A stretch of 64,000 bases of DNA, from contig CAWKNM010000001.1 of the NCBI GenBank assembly GCA_963851165.1, forward strand, positions 234,443 to 298,442, written 5' to 3'. The translations under genes and the position numbers were made by a program. Numbering within the stretch: position 1 is the stretch's first letter; each line of letters begins with the position of its first letter. Shown piece by piece: positions 1-7,856 of the stretch. The DNA is from an uncultured Acidobacteriaceae bacterium (GTDB lineage: Bacteria > Acidobacteriota > Terriglobia > Terriglobales > Acidobacteriaceae). The notes under the pieces are model-generated. The model worked only from the letters and a program-made list of their open reading frames with translations. It made no database searches and was not told the origin of the DNA.

Positions 1-861
1 AACTGCAGCGTGGGACCGGTGGCCATGCTGGATGCTATTGAGCGAGTGCGGGCGCTGACTTCCCGGCCCCTGGCTGCGCAACCGAACGCCGGCATTCCGC
101 GCTCGGTTGAGGGCCGAAACATCTATCTGTGTTCCCCCGAATACATGGCGAGCTATGCGCGGAAGTTTGTTGCCGCCGGAGTCAAGGTGGTCGGCGGATG
201 CTGCGGCACCACGCCGGAGCACATTCGGGTGATGAAATCAGCATTGCGCGTCGGCGAAGCGCGGGCTAAGGTAGCTCCGCAAGTGGCGGGCGGGCACGCC
301 GCAACCGCGTCGACACCTGCCGTTCCTCTGGAGAAGAGATCGGCCCTGGGCGCGAAGCTGGCCCGCGGTGAGTTCGTCACCATGGTCGAGATCGTGCCTC
401 CCAAGGGCATCGACATTCGCAAGGAAGTCGATGGAGCGAAGTTTGTGAAGTCGGTGGGCGTGGACGCGGTGAATATTCCCGACAGCCCCCGTGCGTCGGC
501 GCGCATGAGCAACCAGGCGCTGTCGCTGCTGATTCAGCAGGAAGTGGGTATTGACGCGGTTCTGCATTACACCTGCCGCGACCGCAACGTGTTGGGCATC
601 CAGAGCGACCTGCTGGGCGCGGCGGCGGTGGGAATCAAGAACCTGATCTGCATCACCGGCGATCCGCCGAAGATGGGGAATTATCCCGATGCGACGGCCG
701 TGTTTGATGTGGACGCGATCGGTCTGGTCAACATCGTGCACAATTTGAACCGCGGGCTGGACCTGGGTGGCAATCCGATTGGGACTGGAACGGGATTTGT
801 GATTGGCGTGGGCGCGAACCCCGGGCTTACCGATCTCGGACGAAGAGGTTCGCCGCTTTGA
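1..861 (+). CDS. bifunctional homocysteine S-methyltransferase / 5,10-methylenetetrahydrofolate reductase (YitJ-like), 5'-partial, N-terminal piece up to a frame break near 836-840
   Basis: Frame-1 ORF is open from the window edge (NCSVGPVAM...). GGCCGTTPEHI marks the end of the Hcy-binding S-methyltransferase domain, followed by MTHFR-type sequence VEIVPPKG, LHYTCRDRN, ICITGDPP, GVGANPG. The last 11 codons (LTDLGRRGSPL*) are out of character. Confidence 0.8.
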   Translation, partial: NCSVGPVAMLDAIERVRALTSRPLAAQPNAGIPRSVEGRNIYLCSPEYMASYARKFVAAGVKVVGGCCGTTPEHIRVMKSALRVGEARAKVAPQVAGGHAATASTPAVPLEKRSALGAKLARGEFVTMVEIVPPKGIDIRKEVDGAKFVKSVGVDAVNIPDSPRASARMSNQALSLLIQQEVGIDAVLHYTCRDRNVLGIQSDLLGAAAVGIKNLICITGDPPKMGNYPDATAVFDVDAIGLVNIVHNLNRGLDLGGNPIGTGTGFVIGVGANPGLTDLGRRGSPL

Positions 862-1234
862 ATACAAAGTGGAAGCCGGAGCCGAATACGCCGTGACCCA
901 GCCGGTATTCGACTTGCGATTGCTGGAGAATTTCGTGCGCCGCATCGAGCATTGCCGGATTCCCGTAGTCGCGGGAATCTGGCCTCTGGTCAGCGTGCGC
1001 AATGCCGAGTTCATGAAGAACGAATTGCGGGTCAGCGTGCCTGACGCGGTGCTGGAACGCATGGCGCGCGCGCAGACGCCTGAAGCGGCGCGCGCGGAGG
1101 GCGTCGCCCTGGCCCGAGAGATGCTGCTCGCAGTGCGGCAGACCGTGCAGGGCGCACAGGTCAGCGCGCCACAGGGACGCTATAGTTCGGCAGTGGATGT
1201 GTTGGAAGCGTTAGGCACGAACGGCGCGAAGTAG
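803..1234 (+). CDS. C-terminal half of the same MTHFR domain, displaced into the +1 frame (real continuation begins about 838)
   Basis: DEEVRRFEYKVEAGAEYAVTQPVFD...PVVAGIWPLVS...AEFMKNELRVSVP matches the conserved second half of MTHFR. It overlaps the end of the upstream ORF and has no plausible independent start. Confidence 0.75.
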   Translation: MAWARTPGLPISDEEVRRFEYKVEAGAEYAVTQPVFDLRLLENFVRRIEHCRIPVVAGIWPLVSVRNAEFMKNELRVSVPDAVLERMARAQTPEAARAEGVALAREMLLAVRQTVQGAQVSAPQGRYSSAVDVLEALGTNGAK

Positions 1235-1270
1235 AGCCGTCCCAGTGGCGTAGTTCCCCTCAATAGGCTT

Positions 1271-1378
1271 GTCATCCTGAGCAAAGCGAAGGACCTGTGC
1301 AATTTGCCGGCAGCGCCTCGAAGGCAGCAAGTTGCATAGGTCCTTCGGCCCGCAAACAGCGCGAGCCTCAGGATGACA
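1271..1378. repeat. ~108-nt imperfect palindrome made of two inverted copies of the GTCATCCTGAGC(A/G)AAGCGAAGGAC core (family A intergenic repeat)
   Basis: gtcatcctgagcaaagcgaaggacc at the left end pairs with ggtccttcg...cctcaggatgac at the right end. Inner arms tgcaatttgcc / ggcagcaagttgca also pair. The element starts 37 nt after the metF-like stop. Confidence 0.8.
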
Positions 1379-1459
1379 AGCCGTATTTAGAGGAGTTGCA
1401 CTACTTCCAAACTTTCGCTTTTCGACGACACAACCGCGCGGGGTCAAGAGGTATCCTAG

Positions 1460-2983
1460 GTGTGTTCAGTCCGGAAGACCCCATTCCATGCGAGCCGCTG
1501 CTTTTCTTCTTTTCGGTGGCCTCTTCTCAGTCTCCGGATGGGGACAAGCTGCCCCGCCCGCCACATCTTCGTCAGTACGGCCGCATCCACTGCGCAGAAA
1601 CTTACTGTTACGGTGACCGACGAAAATGCCGTGCCGGTCGCGTCCGCGCATGTCCTGCTGCAGGCGCCGCCGCCAGCTCAGCCGCTGCGCTGCCTGAGCG
1701 ATTTCGCAGGCCGCTGCGAGTTCCTCGATTTGCCGCATGGAACTTATGAAGTTCGCGTGGAAAAGATCGGCTATTACGCGATAGCGCAATCCAATGTGCA
1801 GGTGGGAGTCGCTGCCAACCTCGACGTAACGCTTACTCATCAGCAAGAGGCGCGGGAAGTGGTGAACGTGGTGGAAACCGTGCCGGCCATCGACTCTGCG
1901 CAAATCTCTTCCAAAGAGGAACTCAGCGCCGCTGAGCTTATTGACGTCCCCTACCCCGGACCGCACGATTACCGCAACGCTCTAACCTTCATCCCCGGAG
2001 TTACGCCCGATGCCTTTGGGCAGCCGCATGTGGCGGGCGCCGAGACCTACCAGACTCTCTTACTGCTGGACGGTTTCAACGTGACTCAGCCGACCAACGG
2101 AGCGCTTGTGGTGCGGACCAGCGTCGATTCATTCCGCTCGATTGCAGTGACCCCGAGCCGCGAGCCGGCCGAGTTCGGCAAAGGTTCCGGCGGGGTGCTC
2201 GGCTTGAACACGCGCATGGGCAACGACCACTTCCGGTTCAACGCGACGGATTTCATTCCTGCGCCGCAGGACATCAAAGGGGTGGTCTCTCTGGCAAGTT
2301 GGACGCCCATTTATACGATGTCAGGGCCGATTCGCAAGGGGAAGATGTGGTTTATCGACACGCTCGACGGCGAGTTCGACAACTACGTCACGAAACTCTC
2401 ATCCGGTACCGAAAGCGACCACGTCTGGCGCATGGATAACCTGGTCAAGTTGCAATCGAACCTCACGAACCGCAACATCGTGACCGCGAGCTTCCTCTCA
2501 GATTACCTTCACGACGAACATGCCGGAGAATGGGCTCTGATGCCACCGGAGACGACTCCGACCGAGGTGGAAACCGCCTACATTGGCTCGCTCAAAGACC
2601 TCTACTATTTTCGCGGCGGGGCGCTGCTGGAAAGCGGATTCGGAGTCGACCAGTACAGCCTGACCCTCACACCGCAAGGCGATGCCGGCTACATTCAGAC
2701 GATACTGGCGGCCGGAGGAAACTACTACCTGCACGAGAACACTCTGGCGCGACAGAGTGCAGGGTCTGGCGAATCTTTACCTGCCGCCGCATCAGTGGCA
2801 CGGACGCCACGACATCAAAGCCGGCGCAGATGTGGATCGATTGAACTACGACGCGCAGTTCCTGCGGCAGCCGATTTCGTTTGTGCAGACGGGCCCGCCG
2901 GTGCCCTGTCCTACCGATGCGAATGGACTTCCGATCGTGCCGGAGCCAACTTGCGCGCGCTATTCGGTGTTTTCGGGGGGTAA
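1460..2983 (+). CDS. TonB-dependent receptor-like outer-membrane protein with carboxypeptidase-regulatory-like N-terminal domain, N-terminal fragment (frame broken near 2750-2760)
   Basis: KLTVTVTDENAVPVASAHVLL...GRCEFLDLPHGTYEVRVEKIGYY is a CarboxypepD_reg-type beta-sandwich, followed by a plug-like region (TFIPGVTPD, LLLDGFNVT). After ...YYLHENTLARQ the translation degenerates into Arg/Ala-rich sequence. Confidence 0.7.
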   Translation: MCSVRKTPFHASRCFSSFRWPLLSLRMGTSCPARHIFVSTAASTAQKLTVTVTDENAVPVASAHVLLQAPPPAQPLRCLSDFAGRCEFLDLPHGTYEVRVEKIGYYAIAQSNVQVGVAANLDVTLTHQQEAREVVNVVETVPAIDSAQISSKEELSAAELIDVPYPGPHDYRNALTFIPGVTPDAFGQPHVAGAETYQTLLLLDGFNVTQPTNGALVVRTSVDSFRSIAVTPSREPAEFGKGSGGVLGLNTRMGNDHFRFNATDFIPAPQDIKGVVSLASWTPIYTMSGPIRKGKMWFIDTLDGEFDNYVTKLSSGTESDHVWRMDNLVKLQSNLTNRNIVTASFLSDYLHDEHAGEWALMPPETTPTEVETAYIGSLKDLYYFRGGALLESGFGVDQYSLTLTPQGDAGYIQTILAAGGNYYLHENTLARQSAGSGESLPAAASVARTPRHQSRRRCGSIELRRAVPAAADFVCADGPAGALSYRCEWTSDRAGANLRALFGVFGG

Positions 2984-4088
2984 TTACTCGACGCTCTACA
3001 ATGCTGAGGCCAGCGCTTATGCCGAGGATCGATGGCTGGTTACGAATCGTCTGCTCATTGAGCCGGGCTTGCGCCTCGATTGGGATGAGATCATCCGGAC
3101 GCCGTTGTTCTCGCCACGCCTGGCGGGGACTTACATTTTCGACAACGAAAGCAATACCAAGCTGTCGGCGGGAATTGGGATTACCTACGATGCAACCAGC
3201 CTGGGGTTGATCCATCAAGCTCTCGAAGGGCAGAGAGTTGATTACTTTTTCGATACGAATGGGTGCCCGCAGGAAGCAAACGGCGCCACTGTTCCCTGCA
3301 CTGCGACGTCTCCGCCGCCGGAGCCCGCGCCTGTACCATTGCCGACCACGTTCGTTGTGAACCGGAACACGCTCGCCGCACCTCGATACTTGAACTGGAG
3401 CATTAGCCTGGAGAAAAAACTGCCGGCTGCCATTTTCCTGAAACTGGAGTTCATCGAGAAGCGCGGCGTGCATGGCTTCGCCTACAACACGCTGAATGGC
3501 GCGGTCGACGGAAACTTCTTGCTCGGGAACGGCCGTGACGACCGTTACGACGCCTTCACGGTGAGTTTGCGGCACCGCTTCAGCCAGCATTATGAGATCT
3601 TCGGCGCCTACACTCGCTCCCGCGCGTACACGAATCAGGTGTTCGATTTCAGTTTGGATCTTCCGGTGCTGAGCCAGCAGTTGCGCGGCCCGTATCCCTG
3701 GGACACGCCCAACCGTTTCGTGGGCTACGGGGTGTTGCCGTTCTTCAAGCTGCCCATCATTCACAAGTTCGACCTGGTCTACTCCGCCGAGGCGCGCACT
3801 GGGCTGCCCGTCAACGCGACCTCGGAACAGGGAACAATTTATGCGGCCGTTCCTCCGGGAACTTTTCGGCTTCCCACTTACTACACTGTGAACCTGGAGT
3901 TCGAGAAGCGCGTACATCTGTTTGGGCGCTTTTGGGCCGTGCGCGTGGGGTTCGACAACATCACCAACCACGGGAACGCGATGCTTTCCAACGGCATTAT
4001 TAATCCGCCGACCCAGCCAACTCCAACTTTCGTCGACGGCAACGGGCGGGCCCTCGACGGCCGCATTCGATACCTGGGAAAAAACTGA
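2682..4088 (+). CDS. C-terminal beta-barrel part of the same TonB-dependent receptor-like gene, in the +1 frame (real continuation from about 2757)
   Basis: From VQGLANLYLPPHQWHGRHDIKAGADVDRL onward there are alternating barrel-strand patterns (AEDRWLVTNRLLIEPGLRLDW, KLSAGIGITYD, FGAYTRSRAYTN). The first ~25 codons of the listed ORF are shadow sequence. Confidence 0.7.
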   Translation: MPATFRRYWRPEETTTCTRTLWRDRVQGLANLYLPPHQWHGRHDIKAGADVDRLNYDAQFLRQPISFVQTGPPVPCPTDANGLPIVPEPTCARYSVFSGGNYSTLYNAEASAYAEDRWLVTNRLLIEPGLRLDWDEIIRTPLFSPRLAGTYIFDNESNTKLSAGIGITYDATSLGLIHQALEGQRVDYFFDTNGCPQEANGATVPCTATSPPPEPAPVPLPTTFVVNRNTLAAPRYLNWSISLEKKLPAAIFLKLEFIEKRGVHGFAYNTLNGAVDGNFLLGNGRDDRYDAFTVSLRHRFSQHYEIFGAYTRSRAYTNQVFDFSLDLPVLSQQLRGPYPWDTPNRFVGYGVLPFFKLPIIHKFDLVYSAEARTGLPVNATSEQGTIYAAVPPGTFRLPTYYTVNLEFEKRVHLFGRFWAVRVGFDNITNHGNAMLSNGIINPPTQPTPTFVDGNGRALDGRIRYLGKN

Positions 4089-4216
4089 AGTGATGTTGTC
4101 AGCAGGTCTCAAACCCTGAGCTCAGTTCCAGATCGCCGAGCGGGTTCCAGATTGAAAAGGCATTTCGCTCCTTTCGGCCGCGTTTACAAAAATTCACTGG
4201 ACAGCGAGAACGAAAA

Positions 4217-4489
4217 GTGGGATTACAATACGTACAGGAGCAAAACCCGTTGCCCAAGTTTGAAGAGTGCCTCCAGCGACTGGAGAAAATAGTTCAGGAA
4301 CTGGAAAAGGGAGAGGTTCCCCTGGAGAAATCTTTGACCCTCTTCGAAGAAGGCATGCAGCTTTCTTCCGCCTGCCGCAAAGAGCTGGAACAGGCGGAAG
4401 GTAAAGTAGAGATTCTGCTGAAGAAAAACGGGAAGCTTCAGGCCGAGCCGTTCGAGCCTGAGACGGAAAGAGCGCAGGCCAGGCGCTAA
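4217..4489 (+). CDS. xseB: exodeoxyribonuclease VII small subunit
   Basis: 90 aa. FEECLQRLEKIVQELEKGEVPLEKSLTLFEEGMQLSSACRKELEQAEGKVEIL matches the XseB helical-hairpin pattern. It lies upstream of ispA, as in the common xseB-ispA arrangement. Confidence 0.85.
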   Translation: MGLQYVQEQNPLPKFEECLQRLEKIVQELEKGEVPLEKSLTLFEEGMQLSSACRKELEQAEGKVEILLKKNGKLQAEPFEPETERAQARR

Positions 4490-4616
4490 CGCTGCCTGGC
4501 GCGGAAATTCGTCTTGTGGTCAGCAATACCCACGTCTGTGGAGTTGGATTTTCCCCCGCCCCGCAGCCTTAGTTTGCCGTCGCGTTCGCTCTCGACGGCG
4601 GTTGATCGGGGGATAT

Positions 4617-4985
4617 ATGGGTTTGAGTGTCGTTGTTCTGCAGAAGGATCCTGCGATAGCCCAATCCTTGGCCAGTGGGTTGCGTTCTCTGTTTCATTCT
4701 GTTGATGTGGCGGGCTCCGAGCGCGAGCTGCGCGATCAGGTTACGCAAAGCGTCCCAGAAGTGGTGGTTCTCGATGTCGAGGCCTTGCGGTTTGCCGATG
4801 TCGAGAGGTTGCACCAGGATTTTCCCTCGCTGTTGATCGTCTGCACCCATCGCATTCCCGACGAAGAAATGTGGATGGCGGCGCTCGAAGCTGGTGCTGT
4901 GGACGTGTGCCCGTCTTATGATGTGGAGGCCATTCTGGCCTCGATCTTGAGGAGCGTGGCTTTGGCCCAGGGCACGGCGGCGTAG
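4617..4985 (+). CDS. stand-alone CheY-like receiver-fold protein with degenerate active site (pseudo-receiver)
   Basis: A beta-alpha pattern VVVLQKDP...VVVLDVE...LLIVCTH...AGAVDVCP fits a receiver fold. The ATG at 4617 is preceded by gggggatat (SD-like). The acidic DD pair is replaced by QK and the conserved Lys by Cys. Confidence 0.6.
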   Translation: MGLSVVVLQKDPAIAQSLASGLRSLFHSVDVAGSERELRDQVTQSVPEVVVLDVEALRFADVERLHQDFPSLLIVCTHRIPDEEMWMAALEAGAVDVCPSYDVEAILASILRSVALAQGTAA

Positions 4986-5065
4986 TTCGATTTTGTTCGG
5001 AGCGTAGCGCTATCGTCCGAACTCGGGATTTCCTCCGCACCCACCCTTGCTATACTCACTGCTTC

Positions 5066-5947
5066 ATGCTCAAGGAAACTCTTGAACAAGGCAGAACAGC
5101 GGTGGACGCCGCGCTGGACCGGCTCATCCCGCTAGAGACGCAGCATCCCGTCTCCATTCACAAAGCCATGCGCCACAGCGTGTTTGCCGGGGGCAAGCGC
5201 CTGCGGCCGGTGCTCTGCATGGAGGCTGGGCGCATGGTAGCGGGATCGTTGCCCTCTGGGATCGAGGAACTGGGCGCGGCGCTCGAGATGCTGCACACCT
5301 ACTCGCTGATTCACGACGATCTGCCCGCTCTCGACAACGACGACCTGCGACGGGGGCGGCCTACTTGCCACAAAGTGTTCGGTGAGGCGATCGCGATCCT
5401 CGCCGGGGACGCGCTGCAGACGCAGGCCTATGAAGTGATGGCCCGGCTGAAGTGTCCGGCTGAGGCACGCGTGCGTATTGTCGAGGAAGTCGCGCGGGGC
5501 ACGGGAACCGTCGACGGCATGATCGGCGGGCAGGTCGTGGACCTGGAAGCCGAACATACCAAGCCCGACGCAGCCATGCTGGAATATATTCACGGCGCCA
5601 AGACGGCGGCATTGATCACGGCGAGCCTGGTGAGCGGGGGGCTTTATGCCGGAGCCGACAATCGCGCGGTCGCGCACCTGCGCGCGTTCGGAAGGTCGAT
5701 CGGCCTGGCGTTTCAGATTGTCGACGATATCCTCGACGTGACCCAGACCAGCGAGCAACTGGGAAAGACAGCTGGAAAAGATACGGCGGCCGAGAAGGCA
5801 ACCTATCCTTCGCTGTTTGGAGTGGAGCGGTCGGAGCGCAAGGCGGATGAACTGGTGAGCAAGGCTTTTGCGGAATTGGACAGCTTCGGCGAACGCGCGG
5901 AGACTCTGCAAGAATTCGCGCGGTTCCTGGTGGAACGGAAGAAGTGA
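5066..5947 (+). CDS. ispA: polyprenyl (farnesyl/geranylgeranyl) diphosphate synthase
   Basis: Both Asp-rich motifs are present (LIHDDLPALDNDDLRRGRPT and FQIVDDILD). 293 aa, positioned after xseB. Confidence 0.9.
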   Translation: MLKETLEQGRTAVDAALDRLIPLETQHPVSIHKAMRHSVFAGGKRLRPVLCMEAGRMVAGSLPSGIEELGAALEMLHTYSLIHDDLPALDNDDLRRGRPTCHKVFGEAIAILAGDALQTQAYEVMARLKCPAEARVRIVEEVARGTGTVDGMIGGQVVDLEAEHTKPDAAMLEYIHGAKTAALITASLVSGGLYAGADNRAVAHLRAFGRSIGLAFQIVDDILDVTQTSEQLGKTAGKDTAAEKATYPSLFGVERSERKADELVSKAFAELDSFGERAETLQEFARFLVERKK

Positions 5948-6159
5948 AGCAAAGGGCAAATCAGACAAAGTCGAAACAGGTAAGAGATGACCGTCGTTTA
6001 TCCGTTATTCGTACTTCTTGACGATGGGACGATGATGACGAAAAAAACCCTGCTCGTATCCTCTCTTATCTGTAGGCTATTCTGTAGGCTATCGACATCG
6101 AAGACAATGAGTACCGTTTTTGGGATTCGACCGAGAAGGCAGTACGCATCACGGTTGAG

Positions 6160-6375
6160 TTGACCAACGCGTATTATCTGATCTCCCACTGGAAGGTGGT
6201 AGACGTTTTCTACTGCGAGTCGACCATGACTCTGCGCGATGCGTTCCTCACGGATGTGGACAGAGTCAACCTGCCCCGCACTCTGGTGCAGGGGAAACCG
6301 GCCGAGATCATGGAACGCATCGAAGAAGATCGGCCGAAAAAGAAAAACTGGCTCACCCGACTATTCTCATCATGA
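6160..6375 (+). CDS. hypothetical small protein (doubtful; TTG start, frame is open further upstream without any canonical start)
   Basis: ORF track only. It lies in an AT-richer patch and its stop overlaps the bshB1 start. No recognisable motif. Confidence 0.25.
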   Translation: MTNAYYLISHWKVVDVFYCESTMTLRDAFLTDVDRVNLPRTLVQGKPAEIMERIEEDRPKKKNWLTRLFSS

Positions 6376-7127
6376 CCGACACGGCACTCGACATCTTGGC
6401 AATCGCGGCCCACCGCGACGACGTGGAACAGACTTGCGGCGGCACTCTGCTGAAAGCCGCGCAGCGTGGCCAGCGCACCGGCATCCTTGACCTGACGCAA
6501 GGCGAGATGGGCACCCGCGGTACAGCGGAAGACCGAGCACGCGAGGCCGACGACGCCGCCAGGATTCTCGGCGCGGGCTGGCGCCGGGCGCTCGACATTC
6601 CCGACGGGCGCGTCGAAAACACATGGGAGAACCGGCTAAAGGTCGCGAGCGTGATTCGGGAGACGCAGCCGCGCGTGGTTATTTTGCCCTATTGGAAAGG
6701 ACGGCATCCCGACCATTACACGGCCTCGGTGCTGGGATATGAGGCTTGCTTCCTGGCGGGGCTGGCGAAATTAGCTCTCGGCTCTCAGCCATCAGCGGTC
6801 GGTACTCAGACCTCGGACCTCCGCCCTCATCGCCCCTTCAAGATCATTTACGCGACGCTTTACTACGATGTACGGCCAACGTTTGTGGTCGACATCAGCG
6901 CGCAGTTTGCGGGAAAGTTTGCGTCCATCATGGCTTACAAGTCGCAGTTCAGCGATCAGCAAGCCGGCAAGGATCTGTTCCCTGCTCACGACGAGATTCA
7001 CGCCCGCGTGGAAGCCATGGCTCGGCATTACGGCATGCTGGGCGGCGTCACCTACGCGGAACCATTTCTGCAAAAGGAAGTGGGGTTGGTAGAAGATTTG
7101 CTGGCGGTCCCGGTGAAATCGATCTGA
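6372..7127 (+). CDS. bshB1: bacillithiol biosynthesis deacetylase BshB1 (LmbE/PIG-L family)
   Basis: LDILAIAAHRDDVEQTCGGTLLK...GILDLTQGEMGTRGTAEDRAREADDAARILG follows the AHPDDxE LmbE signature and the BshB1-type N-terminus. Confidence 0.75.
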   Translation: MTDTALDILAIAAHRDDVEQTCGGTLLKAAQRGQRTGILDLTQGEMGTRGTAEDRAREADDAARILGAGWRRALDIPDGRVENTWENRLKVASVIRETQPRVVILPYWKGRHPDHYTASVLGYEACFLAGLAKLALGSQPSAVGTQTSDLRPHRPFKIIYATLYYDVRPTFVVDISAQFAGKFASIMAYKSQFSDQQAGKDLFPAHDEIHARVEAMARHYGMLGGVTYAEPFLQKEVGLVEDLLAVPVKSI

Positions 7128-7160
7128 TTGGTCGAGAGAAACCGGGAGTCATGCTCCTGC

Positions 7161-7829
7161 CTATTTTTTCAATGCCACCGCCACCCCGTCGCGGATCGGC
7201 AAAATCGTGGTTATGAATTCCGGCGAGGCGCCGAGTTGCTGGTTGAATTCAAGAATCGCTTTGGTCTCTGCACTTTTGGGATTCTTCTCGGCGACCCGGC
7301 CGCTCCACAACACGTTATCAGTAATGAAAAGGCCGCCTTTGCGCAGGCGTGGCGACACCAGCCGGAGTACGCGCGGATAATCTGTCTTGTCTACGTCGTT
7401 GAAGATGATGTCGTATTCCTGTTTCTGCTCCGAGAGGTATTCCAGCGCGTCGCCGGTGTGAACCGTGATACGGCCAGCCACGCCCGCTCGATTGAAATAG
7501 CCGCGAGCACGCTCGGCGTTCTTGGGATCGCCGTCCGTGTAAGTGACGCGTCCTTTTTCGCCAACGGCCTGAGCCCACCATATCGTCGAATAGCCAATGG
7601 CCGATCCCAGCTCAAAAACAGTCCTTGCGCTGATCATCAGCGCAAGCTGCTGCAGTATGCGACCAACCGCAGGGCCGACGATTGGGACGTTGTGAGCGGC
7701 AGCGTAGTCTTCCATCTCAACCAGCACCGCATCGCGCTTCGGGAGCATGGAGTATAGATAGTCGTCGACTGGCGCGGCGGTGAAGCCGTTGTAGTGCCGC
7801 CAGCTCGGCTTGGTCGATTTTTTTGGCAT
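7161..7829 (-). CDS. class I SAM-dependent O-methyltransferase (family 3, caffeoyl-CoA OMT/YrrM-like)
   Basis: VFELGSAIGYSTIWWA (SAM-binding G-rich loop), DIIFNDVDKTDYP, LRKGGLFITDNVLWSG. Confidence 0.8.
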   Translation of the reverse strand: MPKKSTKPSWRHYNGFTAAPVDDYLYSMLPKRDAVLVEMEDYAAAHNVPIVGPAVGRILQQLALMISARTVFELGSAIGYSTIWWAQAVGEKGRVTYTDGDPKNAERARGYFNRAGVAGRITVHTGDALEYLSEQKQEYDIIFNDVDKTDYPRVLRLVSPRLRKGGLFITDNVLWSGRVAEKNPKSAETKAILEFNQQLGASPEFITTILPIRDGVAVALKK

Positions 7830-7856
7830 TTGGACCTCGACTCTATGAAATCGTCA

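Noticed and set aside
4470-4500. Hairpin after xseB as a terminator (ccaggc...gcctgg)
   Set aside because: It has only a 6-bp stem and no U-tract, and the next gene follows on the same strand and may be co-transcribed.
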